A stretch of DNA of 64,000 nt, taken from NCBI RefSeq assembly GCF_006345805.1, contig NC_043005.1, positions 95,666,001-95,730,000 on the forward strand, given 5' to 3'. Source of the stretch: Octopus sinensis (lineage: Eukaryota). Shown here piece after piece: positions 14,165-25,423 of this stretch (positions within the stretch are counted from its first letter, which is position 1; every line of letters starts with the position of its first letter). The notes under the pieces are model-generated. The model was given only the letters and a program-made list of their open reading frames with translations, had not been told where the DNA came from and searched no databases. Position numbers and translations under genes: made by a program.

Positions 14165-14906
14165 ATTAGAAGCCACCTTTGTATTCTCCTATGACTGTTT
14201 CTTTGAGAAGTTCTATTGCTAAGGAAATCACTGAGGAATCGATCGTTGATCTGATGGTTAAGGAGAGATTCTGATCCGTGTAGGGTATATAAATAAACTG
14301 TGAACAGCTAAAGGAGGACCTATCTCTAGTATTCACTACTATCCTGTCCATATGAGACCTGAGAGATCCGTCGTTATTACTCCAAGTCTACATTGGAACG
14401 CTCAGATTCTCGAGTCTGAATCGATCTGCCAACCTAAATCGCTTCAGCAGATCGATGAGACGTGAGTTACGTTTCCAACCGGTTGAGCCAACGTTATCTA
14501 AGCGTGCGTCTAGAATAGTGTTAATGTCTCCTAACATTACTATTGTCTTTGACGTCACTAGAAAGTCCTCCAAGCGTCGATAAAACTCATTCCGTTTTCC
14601 TGCTGTGCAAGGTGCGTAAATGCCAATCAACCTGAAGATTTTACCACTGAAAGTCAGATCCAGAACGACTGTATCACATTCTAGGTCTACAAAGATTGCA
14701 CTTGTCTGCAGAGCCAAGCTTTTTCCGATCAGAACCACAACACCACCCCATCCCTCTGTCCGACTAGGAGACATGATTTTCTCATAGTCAACTTGGTCTC
14801 TGTAGCAACCATAATATCAATTTTGTGACCTGAGGTCGTCGAGGAAACAGGCTTGCTTCCACTTCGAACTCATGCCACGCACATTCAGACAGCCTAGTGC
14901 AGCCAT
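14165..14906 (-). pseudogene. LINE ORF2 apurinic-like endonuclease domain, frameshifted and truncated before RT
   Basis: GCLNVRG, ATETKL, IGIYAP, LGDINTILD, DRIVV..YTD motifs spread across several frames. Confidence 0.88.
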
Positions 14907-14941
14907 GTCAAAAATCAAGAAAAGAAGGAAATTTGCCTGCC

Positions 14942-16040
14942 TTAATCCAGGGGGATCGTTCTCTGTATCACTGAGACTTGGACCACCCACTTCGTCTCTT
15001 CTAAGGTAGGTTCCTTCGGCGGATCGAACACTTTGGGCATGTCTATTAGTTCAGCTATCTCTTTTGAATATCTGTTTTTCAGATCTTTGTAAAGATCTCG
15101 GGGTATCTTTGCGATACTGTTTGGGTTTTGGGCATGACCAGTCCGGTAAATGTTGCATTTTAAGTGGGGCTTGATTATCCCCATCATGGTATTATTAGTG
15201 TTTTTAAACACTACAGTGGTCCTTTCCTTTAAATTATGAGTGATGTCTATTTTTTGAAAGGCTCGTAATTTTTTCTTCTCTTTCTTTTTTCTTTCCTCTG
15301 GGTTGTTTTTCTTTCTTTCCTTAGTTTTCGAAGCTGCTTCTTTGCTTGGTGACTCCGTTACTTTTTTAGGCCTTTTTCGCGACACCGTTTCGAAGTTCAT
15401 TTCTTCTACTGGCGGTGCCGCTTCGGCCGGCTCCCTTTCGGGTTCTAATTCGGTGGTCGCCCTCTGTGTAACTGTATCCGTGGCCAGGGGCACCGCATCC
15501 TCTGTATTCTCCACTCGTTCGTTCTCCTGTACCTTTTCCATTTGTGGAGGGAAGCATTTTGACCTCAGGTGCCCCTTTTTTCTACATTTGAAGCATCTGG
15601 GCTTCCTCCCCTCCACGTGTACTGCTAGCACGATATCCTCACCGAACAGAATCATTTCAGGCAAATTTTCCAAATCAATCATGGCAGCTTGAACCAGGAC
15701 CTCCAGCTCTGTGCTGCGTCTCTTGTTATTTGTATGACACCCATTTTATCCTCCCTCTCGCAAAGCAGCGTGGCCAGTATCCATACCACTTCCACCTCCG
15801 GCGGGATATTCTTAATTTCAATCCGAGACGCTCCACATTCCAGATATAGTGGTAATATCACAATCCCACCATTTTGCAAGGTTCAAGTCGATAATTCTTT
15901 GGCCTTCTCAACCGACTCGAACCTTGCCTTCACTGTTGCGAATCTTGTACCTTATCTGGCCCGAGACAGCCCCCCATTGCACCCTCTTCCAGGTGCTCAA
16001 AATGCTCCTTCTCGGCGTTGCAAGTCTTATTCACAATTGA
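14942..16040 (-). pseudogene. LINE ORF1 (gag-like, zinc knuckle), disrupted
   Basis: Segments IEIKNIPPEVEVVWILATLL (15879-15679) and ILFGEDIVLAVHVEGRKPRCFKC (15682-14942) lie in different frames. Confidence 0.8.
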
Positions 16041-16569
16041 GCTAGTTATTGGTTCTGCTCAAAATTTCGCTGGGGCGCAATCCCACATTCGCTGTACGAG
16101 GCCTGAACTTCCTCCCCCTTCTATGTGATTATTTCACTTCTTCCCACAACGGAGGAACTTCCCCCCACTGAAGACACCCGTTTTCAAAAGCCTTCACAAA
16201 AACAACAACAAAGCACGTTCCAAAATGGAACACAGCCCCCACAAAATAAACAATAATTTCAACAATAACTTACTGCAAAATCAACTTTACAATGCTTCCC
16301 TTACGGGAAATCACAACAAAAAAATTAACAATTCCTTCAAGCAGGCAACAATAACACCAACCTTACAGGTATAACAGCTTACACTCAGTCCCAGCCAATA
16401 ACTAGCTCAAACAAAAGGTTCACGCTAACTGACTTTGGCTTACGGAGTTCTTGTTCTTATAACTATCCAAAACTAGCCAGAAGGATAGACATATTGTTGA
16501 GAACAATAGATTTCGTTAGCAGTCTGTTATCAATATCTGTTTCAACACATCAAAAATCTTGCAAAACAA

Positions 16570-16667
<98 letters not shown>

Positions 16668-16674
16668 ATATATA

Positions 16675-16900
16675 AAGTTAATCCAAACAAGAAAACACAG
16701 AAAAAAAGAGAAAAAAAGACACCAACGCGAGGACGTGGAACAATTAAAGTATTATTGACGCTCAGGAAAGAAGGGAAGGAGGGTTTAACGTTTCGAGCGG
16801 AGCTCTTCGTCGGAAACAAGGAAAAGGAAAGATCCCAGGAAGGGAAGACGGAGGAAAAAATATTTTTGCTGGTGGTGCTCAAGAGATCACATGTTGAAAG
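16675..16900 (-). mobile_element. Penelope-like terminal repeat with hammerhead-like motif
   Basis: Minus strand GTTT-CCGACGA-A-GAGC-tcc-GCTC-GAAAC-GTT-AAAC at 16817-16783, followed by ...ccacgtcctcgcgttg as in 20230-20500. Confidence 0.72.
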
Positions 16901-17149
16901 AACAGAAGTTGAGAGGTAGACGAATCATGATTTTTAAAAGCAAGAGAGTTTAAAAAAAAAGGGAATGTGTGTGGGTGCGTGTGTGTGTGCAAGGGTGACA
17001 AGTGTGTTTGTGCGTGCGTGTGTGTGTGTGTGTGTATGTGTGGTGAATAATAAGCAATGGCAAGTTAGCTGTCACAAGGCACTCCTTTATGACAGCTAGC
17101 TTGTTTGTATCCAGCCAGGTCAAAGCCAGGTCAAAAAACAAAGGGGTAT

Positions 17150-19560
17150 ATGTATCATGTGTGTGTGTTGTTTGTAGTCTCTGTGTGTGTGTGCATGTGT
17201 GTGTTCGTGTGTGTATGCGTAGAGTGTGGGTGTGTGGCGAGTAACTGCTTAACCTAGTGTATGTGTGCGTGTGTGCTTGTACGTGCGTGTGTGTATGTAG
17301 GCATGTATGTGTGGGTTCATTTGTGTGAGTGTGTATGTATGTACGTGTATGTGTGTGCGTGTATGTGTGCGTTTGTATGTGTTTGTGTGTATGTGTGCGT
17401 GCGCGGATAGGTGTATATTGTGTATGTATATCTATCGGTGTGTATGTGAGTTTGTGTGTGTTTGTACGTGTGTATGTGTGTGTGAGTGTTATATATATGT
17501 AAATGTGTGTGTGTGTGTGCGTCTGTGTGTATGTGCGTGCGAGTGAATGTATATATGTGTGCGTGTGTGTACAATGTAGAGGCTTATATGTGTGTTTATA
17601 TGTTTATATGTGTGTGTGTATGTATATGTGTATGTGTGTGTATGTGTATGTATGTATGTATATGTATGCGTGTGTGTATGTATGTATGTGTGTATGTGTG
17701 TGTGTATGTATGCGTGTGTGTATGTATGTATGTGTGTATGTGTGTGTGTATGTGTGTATGTATGTATGTGTGTGTGTATGTATGTGTGTGTATGTATGTA
17801 TGTACGTACGTATGTATGTATGTGTGTAAGTGTGTGTATGTATGTATGTATGTATGTACGTATGTGTGTATTTATGTATTTATGCATGCGTGTATGTGTG
17901 TATGTGCGTGTGTGTACATATGTATGTATATGTATGTGTGTGTATGTATGTATCTATGTATGTAGTGTATGTATGTGTGTGTGTATGTATGTATATATGT
18001 GTGCATGCGTGTATGTGTGTATGTGTGTGTGTATGTATGTATGTATATATATATGTGCGTGTATGTATGTGTGTGTATGTGTGTATATGTGTGTGTATGT
18101 ATGTGCGTATGTATGTATGTATGTATGTGTGTGTATGTGTGTGTATGTGTGTGTATGTATGTATGTGTGTGTATGTATGTGTGTGTATGTATGTATGTGT
18201 GCGTGCGTGTGTGTGTATGTATATGTATGCGTGTGTGTATGTATGTATGTGTGTATGTGTGTAAGTATGTATGTATGTGTATGTATGTAAGTGTGTGTGT
18301 ATGTATGTACTGGTGTATGTGTGTAAGTGTGTGTGTGTATGTGTATGTATGTATGTATATGTACGCGTGTGTGAATGTATGTATGTGTGTATAGTATGTA
18401 TGTGTGTGTATGTAAGTGTATGTATGTGTGTGTGCATGTATGTATGTGTGCATGTGTGTGTCTGTATGTATGTTTATGTATGTGTGTGTATGTATATATG
18501 TGTCTATGTATGTATGTGTGTATGTATGTGTGTATGTGTGTGTATGTATGTGTGTGTATGTATGTATGTAAGTGTGTGTGTGTATGTATGTGCGTATGTA
18601 TGTGTGTATGTATGTGTATATATGTATGTATGTGTGCATGCGTGTATGTGTGTATGTGCGTGTGTGTACGTATGTGTGTATATGTATGTGTGTGTGTATG
18701 TATGTATATGTATGTGCGTGTGTATGTGTGTATATATCTATGTATGTGTGTATGTGTGTGTATGTATGTGTGTATTCGTGTATGTGTGTATGTGTGTGTG
18801 TATGTATGTGTGTATGTATATGTATGTGTGTGTATGTGTGTATGTATGTGTATGTGTGTGTGTATGTGTGTGTATGTATGTTTGTGTGTGTGTGTATGTG
18901 TGTATGTGTGTGTATGTATGTATGTATGTATGTATGTGTGTACGTGTGTATATGTATGTATGTATGTGTGTGTATGTATGTGTGCGTGCGTGTGTGTGTG
19001 GGTATGTGTGTGGGTATGTATGTGTGTATGTATATGTATGTGTGTGTATGTATGTATGTATGTGTGTATGTATGTGTGTGTGTGAATGTATGTATGTGTG
19101 CATATGTGTATGTGTATGTATGTATGTGTGTGTATGTGTGTGTGTATGTATGTATGAATGTATGTATGTATTTATGTATGTATGTATGCGTGTGTGTGTA
19201 TGTATGTATGTATGAATGTATCTATGTATGTATTATGTGTGTGTACGTATGTATGTGTGTGTGTGAATGTATGCGTGTGGGGGGTTGGAGTTGTGTGGGC
19301 GTAAGGTACATGCGCGTGCTTGTGTGCGTGTGTGCGCTTACGTGCGTGTATCTGTGCGTCTCAGCTAGGTGTTTATAGGAGTGTGCGTATCTGTATGAGT
19401 ATTGTCCCTGGTGTGTGTGCACGGGCATGTGTGTGTGTGCGCGTGGGGGGGTGTATAGGTGTGGAAGTATGTGTGCGTACATGTGCATGTACGTTGTGTG
19501 TGTGTGGTGTGTTGGGAGTAGGTGTGTTCGTGGGTACGTGAGTATGTGTGTGTGTGTGTG
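17150..19560. repeat. About 2.4-kb degenerate (GT)n/(GTAT)n alternating purine-pyrimidine tract
   Basis: Direct reading; explains all VCVC/HTHT ORFs in this interval. Confidence 0.97.
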
Positions 19561-19649
19561 ACTGCATAAGGACAATTATAAAAATTAAAAAATATAAAAT
19601 AAAAAATAAATAATAAATAAAAAAAGATGCTAGTGGGGAGAAGTTTAGC

Positions 19650-20117
19650 GCAGTCACTAAGAGGAGGGGGCTGTGTTGAGTCCGTGTGGGGTTAGGTCTG
19701 TAGAAGGAATATGAGCCGTTGCTCCAAGTGAAGCCTAGATTGTGGAGAGCCGTTGTGTGGGGCAAGACCAAACACCGAGATGTCATCAGGGGAATGGCTG
19801 GCCGAGCGGTAGTGACGTGTAACGGGAGAATTGGAAAGTAGACGAACATCCCTCAGATGTTCGGCGAATCGGTCTGACAACCGGCGTCCCGTCTGTCCTA
19901 TATACAGCATTCTGCAGCGGTTGCATTTAATGCAGTATATGAGTCCAGACAAGGTGCACGTAAAAGAATGCCTGATACGTACAGTTCGCCGGTTGGAACC
20001 GGTGACAGCAGTGGTGTTGGTGATGAAGGGGCAGGTGTTGCAGCGGGATCTGGAGCATGGGAAGGATCCGAGTGGGGCCGAGGGGGAAGAAGGAAGGGTG
20101 CTACGGACCAGGAGGTC
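19650..20117 (-). pseudogene. Penelope-like element GIY-YIG (Uri) endonuclease C-terminus
   Basis: DLLVRSTLP..FPCSRSRCNTCPF..HSFTCTLSGLIYCIKCNRCRMLYIGQTGRRLSDRFAEHLRDV..PVTRHY..H..RLHLEQRLIF. Confidence 0.9.
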
Positions 20118-20229
20118 GCATGTATGTATGTATGTGTGTGTGGTATCCAGAAGATCCAAAAGGCAGGTAAGGCTATGTAACGCGGGTCGTGTGTGAGCGT
20201 GTACAGGATGGAATATCTTTTATATTCCT

Positions 20230-20500
20230 GAAACAGCTGTAAGACTACCTTTCTCCTTATAAAATGTCCTAGAAATTTCACACTGCCTTGGATTTGTTGA
20301 CTCATTTTATTTGACCTATGTGCGTGTCGATTCTTTTTCACTCTCTTCTTTTTCTCTTGGACTTTCATCTGTCTCCCGTTTCTCAAGAAGAGCTTTGCTC
20401 GAAACGTAGAACTGCCCTTCTTTCCTTCCCTGAGTGTCTGTTAATACTTTGCATGTACCACGTCCTCGCGTTGTTGTTTTTGTGTTTTTCTTCATTTTTT
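20230..20500 (+). mobile_element. Penelope-like terminal repeat, inverted relative to the GIY-YIG ORF, with hammerhead-like motif
   Basis: GTTT-CTCAAGA-A-GAGC-ttt-GCTC-GAAAC-GTA-GAAC at 20378-20412; its 3' part recurs at 25972-26060. Confidence 0.72.
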
Positions 20501-20510
20501 TTTTATTTTA

Positions 20511-20541
<31 letters not shown>

Positions 20542-23220
20542 GCACGACGGGCTTCCATCTACCAAATTCACTCCCTAGGATTGGTCGGTCCGAGGCTAGA
20601 AGAAGCAGGTACAGCACTCGGAGACTGAACTCCAAACCTCGTGGTTACGAAGCGAACTTCTTACCCTCACAGCTATGCCTGCGCCTATAACAATGATAAA
20701 ATAAAACGTACAAATAATCCAGCTGCAACCAAGCTGTGTTTTTCTGTTTGCTAAATTGTGACTGAAACCAATAAAGAATTAAATTCACACACGTCACAGA
20801 AATGCAACCGTAGTCATTGTAAATATATTCACCGCCATGTTATCTGGTGTAATTAACAAATGGATCTTGAAGTCACTTTTAAACTGTTAGTAACTCTCCG
20901 ACTATTATCACCACTAATAAGAAAGCGTGTCCTTTCTTAAGTTAAAAGGAGAGAGAGAGAGAAAAAAGAAAGACATTACTGGGTTATAGTTAACTTCTAA
21001 ACAATATTAAACATTCTTAAGTCGGCCATTTCCTTTATGCTCACTCACTCATCTTGTATCTACTAAGCTAATTACTCCGTCTTGCACGAAGTACATTCAT
21101 TTAAAAACACTGACGTCATTCAAACAATTGTGTTTGCAATTATGTCATAATCGACATAGTTTTGTAGCAAGGTTCTCGCCTCAAGCATCTAATTTTACAC
21201 ATAGTTACCACTTAGCAACATTTTGGTTTCTATTTAAAGGTGAGACAGCAGACACTTGACTAAATAGTAAGAACAGCAACTATTAATTGTCTCGATTTCC
21301 AGTGTTACACAACATTGTTGTAAATCCTTTACAGCCATGAACAGTAAGTTTGTCATCTTCTGGCGAAATGAATAATTATGTAATGTTATTTTTAAAAATG
21401 ACAAAGGAGGGGTGGGATGAAATACACAGAAACGCCATCTGCGTGATAAATAAAGTAGGGGCTAGCCTAATGAAGCGAACTACGTGATTTTACGCTTGTA
21501 GTGAGGAGGGAAAAGCCATGATCTTTATTAAATTTTGTCAAGAAAGAGAAGGGAGACAACTTCGTAGTTTAACATTGAACGCAAATGTCGAGCGGCAGTT
21601 TTTCGGGCACTTTACGTTCTGAATTAAAATTCCGCCGAGGTCTACTTTGCCTTTAAAATAAGTGTCAGTTGAGCAGCAGAGTCGATGTAATAGACAAGCC
21701 CCTCCTCTCATAATTACTCTCATAATTAGTCATGCATCAAAATTAGAAAGGATAGTACCTCCGAAAAGAAAGTTGAAATATTACTTAGTTTCGTTGCCGA
21801 ATACTGTGTCTTTGAATTCGCCTATATCACATTCCCTTTAAACAAATCTTGGTTATTCCTCTCCCACTTGCTTAACTAAATGCATCAAAAACTTGTAGAA
21901 GTGAAGATCAGGATTTTTATTTTCAGATAGAATATGAAGACACATTATGCGTACGAAGTGTTAACTGCCTCTTCCAATCATGAAATTACCGAATATAAAA
22001 CTACCAACTCCTGGGTCGTGAGTTCATGCCCGCTGCAAACGTTTATGTTTCATTCATTTTCATTCATTTTCATTCAGACTTAAATTTATGCATTTGCTCG
22101 ACTTACAAAGATAGTAACCATATCTCTCTCAAAAAATAGAAGGAAGAACATTTTGATTTATGTAGTTCTAGGCATATAAAAATACAGGACGGTCAAAGCT
22201 GGAACATCTCTGATCATAGGTATGCACGCGCAGAACTGATCTGGGGTTAAACATGTCTCAGTTCATTTTGTTGTGAGGAAATAAATCTTTCACAAAGTGG
22301 CGGAGCGTGGGTTTAGGCCGATCACTGTGCTAACCAAAATGGCCTCTCTCTTCCTTACAAATAGCATACCTTTGACTGCAGCAAACATACTTATATAAAG
22401 TGGCTGTTCTGTGCAGTGTACACACTCGACCTTATACCACTAATAGACTAGCGTTCCATCCAATAGTTTCATAGTTTCTCATCACTTTAACACATATCTT
22501 TCTTTACATTTCGGCTCCATTTTGGAAATGGGTGTCGACTGGGACAACGATTGGAAGGTTGTTTGAGACAGAAAATCTATGAGATTGAAGCAAAAAGCCA
22601 TGTTGTTTAATCATGTTTTATTTACAGGTCAGCCCATATAAATGCCCACGATCAAAGGCGTCCAATTAACGGTAGACTTGAAAGTAAGTTTTGTGAATTT
22701 TCCCCCTAAATGATTCTGCCGGAGCTTCTAGAATTTTTTACTTAATGTTATAAAGGCTAGGATATTGAATTAACAAGAGATGCACGAAGCAGTGTTGATT
22801 GAAACAGACATGTACAATAATCTAATACGTTCGTGTGCACTTGGATGTGGAAAGATCTTCACTGCAGAGACTGTCTTGGGATAAATTTTCCTCTTACAGA
22901 CAGTGTATGGCTGCTCCATGTGCCTCTAGTTAATTCCACTTTGACCAAGCTTTGCACACATCAGAAGACCAGTGCTTATAGAAGAATATCTTTTTTATTT
23001 ACATACGATGGCGAGCTAGCAGAATCGTTACCATACCGGGCAAAATGCTTGGAGGCATTTCTTCCGACTCTTTACATTCTGAGTTCAAATACTACCGAGG
23101 TTGACTTTGCCTTTCATCCTTTCGGGGTCGATAAAATAAGTATCAATTGAGCAGTGGGGTCGATGTAATCTCTTTCCCAAAATCTCAGGTCTTGTGCTTT
23201 AGTAGAAAGAAATATATATA

Positions 23221-23448
23221 TTAATAGTTATCGCCATACTAATATGGCAATCTTATAAATATAAGACTAAAGCTGTCGATGATTAGCTCCAAGAGGCCAC
23301 CGCCTCAAGCTAGCTATTTGACACACAATCTGCGTCCATTATAGACTTTCGAACAGGGGAGGTCAGCCGCTTCATCCTGCTAGTCAGACAGCTGCAGACG
23401 CGTTTCAGGGTAGTTGCCCTTTATCAATGCAGCGTAGTCAGACCCAGC
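23221..23448 (-). repeat. Left 228-bp inverted repeat (Penelope-type terminal repeat, outward-facing)
   Basis: Reverse complement of 25093-25320 with 3 mismatches in 228 bp. Confidence 0.95.
23392..23432 (-). ncRNA. Minimal type I hammerhead ribozyme fold (U3:A8 core variant)
   Basis: CTGCA-TTGATAA-AGGG-caacta-CCCT-GAAA-CGCG-TC-TGCAG: 5-bp stem I, 4-bp stem II, palindromic ACGCGT stem III, GUC site. Activity not demonstrated. Confidence 0.72.
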
Positions 23449-23542
23449 TTTAGGCTTATATAACGTTATTGTTGAGTGGAGGTTGTGAGATCGAATGAGT
23501 TGGTGGAAGCGGTTGCGGCATTGAGGGATTTTTTTCTCAAAA

Positions 23543-24904
23543 ATGCAAACCCAAACGTATGCAGGAGCGGCAAGCAAGGACCTGGCTGCAAGCGAAATAC
23601 AGTTGGAAGAAGTTACAATCGAGAAGGAGATTTTGAAGAATTATTTCGACAGCTTGAAAAGAGAAGGTGACTGTGTAAGGATCACACCACCTGAAGAAGA
23701 AGCTAAAGAAGCTGAAAAACGTATTATAACATACAGAAAGTGGAATGTGGCTTCAAAGAAAATAGAATTGGCAGAAATTGCGGAGATTGAGTGTTGTCTG
23801 CAGAGACTTTTAAAATGGACGACCACTGTTGCATATTTTCTACCTCTGTTATAGAAGGTAAGTACCTTCTATAACAGAGGTAGAAAATATGCAACAGTGG
23901 TCGTCCATTTTAAAAACGAAGAAGAAGCGAAGAAGAACGCTACGCAAATATTGAAAACAGAAAAATTGATGTTATTACCAAGTTATCGTGGGAAAAGAGC
24001 AGTTAGAATACGAATCAGTAAGATTTCGCCAGAGCTGAACATAGAAAGAATTTTAGCAGCAGTGGTATTCAACTGCAAGGAAAGCGTTGAAATATTAAAT
24101 GTTAAAAAATCAAAAGATGTACAGTGGTGGGGTTATGCAGTGCAGGTTTTGATTCATATAACCATACCTGATCTGTATAAAATCCCAGAGGAGTTGTTGT
24201 TCCCCGACGAGACTCGACTCAGAGGCGTGGTGGAGGGGAGACCACCAGTGTGCTACAAGTGTAAAATTAGAGGCCACATGAAAGATGTGTGTCCGACTAG
24301 AACATTGAACACTCGGACAGAGATAGTGCAAATGGAGAATGTAGAATGTGTAAACACAGAAAATGTGGAAAGTGGTGACGAGTTGGAGAAAGAAAAGGAA
24401 AAAACAGAAGTCAAAGAAGATAGAAAAAGAGCGAGGGTGGAATCACCACCTAAAGTTCAAAAAAAGAAAAAAACGAAAAATAAGACTACAGACGAGAAGG
24501 ATGATAGTATGTGCGAAGATAAGAATATAAAAGAGACGGAGAGAGAACCGGAAAATTTAACGGTAGACCAAAAATGGAAAAGAAGAGTGGCAGAGAAGTT
24601 AAAAGTATGCAAAGAAGGAAGAAGACCCGAAGGAAAAAATCTTAAGGTTGTAATATTGTATATGAAAGACAAAGAAATCGAAAAAAGACTGGCAGGTAAG
24701 AAAGGTTTAATCAGAGTTAGGCTAAACCCAGAAATATTTGATGATCGAGTGAAGTCGGCGGTGATAGAGAAAGAGACATTTTTAGAATTGAAAAGTGTGT
24801 TTTCAACTGTTTGTGCAATGCAATATATCCGTTACGACAGTTTGCCTGCAATAATAGATCAGAAGGATTTAATAAAATACATTACAGATGAACGCCCAGT
24901 ATAA
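23543..24904 (+). pseudogene. LINE ORF1 protein (gag-like, CX2CX4HX4C knuckle), single frame broken by one TAG at 23852-23854
   Basis: ORFs 23543-23854 and 23897-24904 are in the same frame. RGRKYATVVVHFKNEEE, LLPSYRGKR and VEGRPPVCYKCKIRGHMKDVC align with ORF1 of the 37283-43041 element. Confidence 0.88.
23808..23915. repeat. Perfect palindrome: 53-bp arms, 2-nt spacer
   Basis: 23808-23860 is the exact reverse complement of 23863-23915. Confidence 0.97.
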
Positions 24905-25092
24905 CAAAACTGTATTTTAAATGAAATTACGAGTTTTGGGGGGCTCGTAAACATTCTATATAATTCATTATATATAATTCATTTTCATATCATATTTTTA
25001 TTTTTAAATTTATGTACCCCACGTCCTGTTTTTGTAATGTCCTCTAAATTCGGGCCATCGTGCCTATAATAAAGATAGTAGTAGCGACACCT

Positions 25093-25380
25093 GCTGGGTC
25101 TGACTACGTTGCATTGATAAAGGGCAACTACCCTGAAACGCGTCTGCAGCTGTCTGACTAGCAGGATGAAGCGGCTGACCTCCCCTGTTCGAAAGTTCAT
25201 AATGGACGCAGATTGTGTGTCAAATAGCTAGCTTGAGGCGGTGGCCTCTTGGAGCTAATCATCGACAGCTTTAGTCTTATATTTATAAGATTGCCATATT
25301 AGTATGGCGATAACTATTAATTTCCAGTAACGCTGCCGTAATCTCTTTTATAGAGACTTAGTAATTTTAATATTTCTATT
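25093..25380 (+). repeat. Right inverted repeat (Penelope-type terminal repeat) plus about 60-nt extension
   Basis: 25093-25320 mirrors 23221-23448; the extra 25321-25380 is absent from the empty-site paralog near 29420. Confidence 0.88.
25109..25149 (+). ncRNA. Minimal type I hammerhead ribozyme fold (U3:A8 core variant)
   Basis: TTGCA-TTGATAA-AGGG-caacta-CCCT-GAAA-CGCG-TC-TGCAG; predicted cleavage 3' of C25144. Confidence 0.72.
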
Positions 25381-25423
25381 AAATATATATATATATATTT
25401 AACAGCAGTAAGAGATCTTATAT

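Larger units (their letters stand above)
14165..16520 (-). mobile_element. Tx1/L1-type LINE, 5' half only (5'UTR, ORF1, APE endonuclease), 3'-truncated
   Basis: ORF1 with CX2CX4HX4C knuckle (VEGRKPRCFKCRKKGHLRSKC) followed by ORF2 start MAALGCLNVRG; homologous to 37283-43041. Confidence 0.88.
23449..25075 (+). mobile_element. ORF1-only (half-LINE/HAL1-like) Tx1/L1-type element
   Basis: ORF1 is followed directly by a 3'UTR with a stem-loop (24927-24950) and AATAAA (25068-25073); no ORF2. Confidence 0.75.

Noticed and set aside
17150-19560. Many long ORFs (up to 314 aa) of V/C/M/Y or H/T/Y/I
   Set aside because: Translations of microsatellite; the same applies to the YIYI and LSLS ORFs elsewhere.
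23221-25320. 228-bp inverted repeats read as DNA-transposon TIRs (TTAA at both ends suggests piggyBac-like) or as DIRS ITRs
   Set aside because: No transposase or tyrosine recombinase, no DIRS internal complementary region seen, the empty site does not show a single TTAA, and the repeats contain a Penelope-type hammerhead. A PLE terminal repeat fits better.
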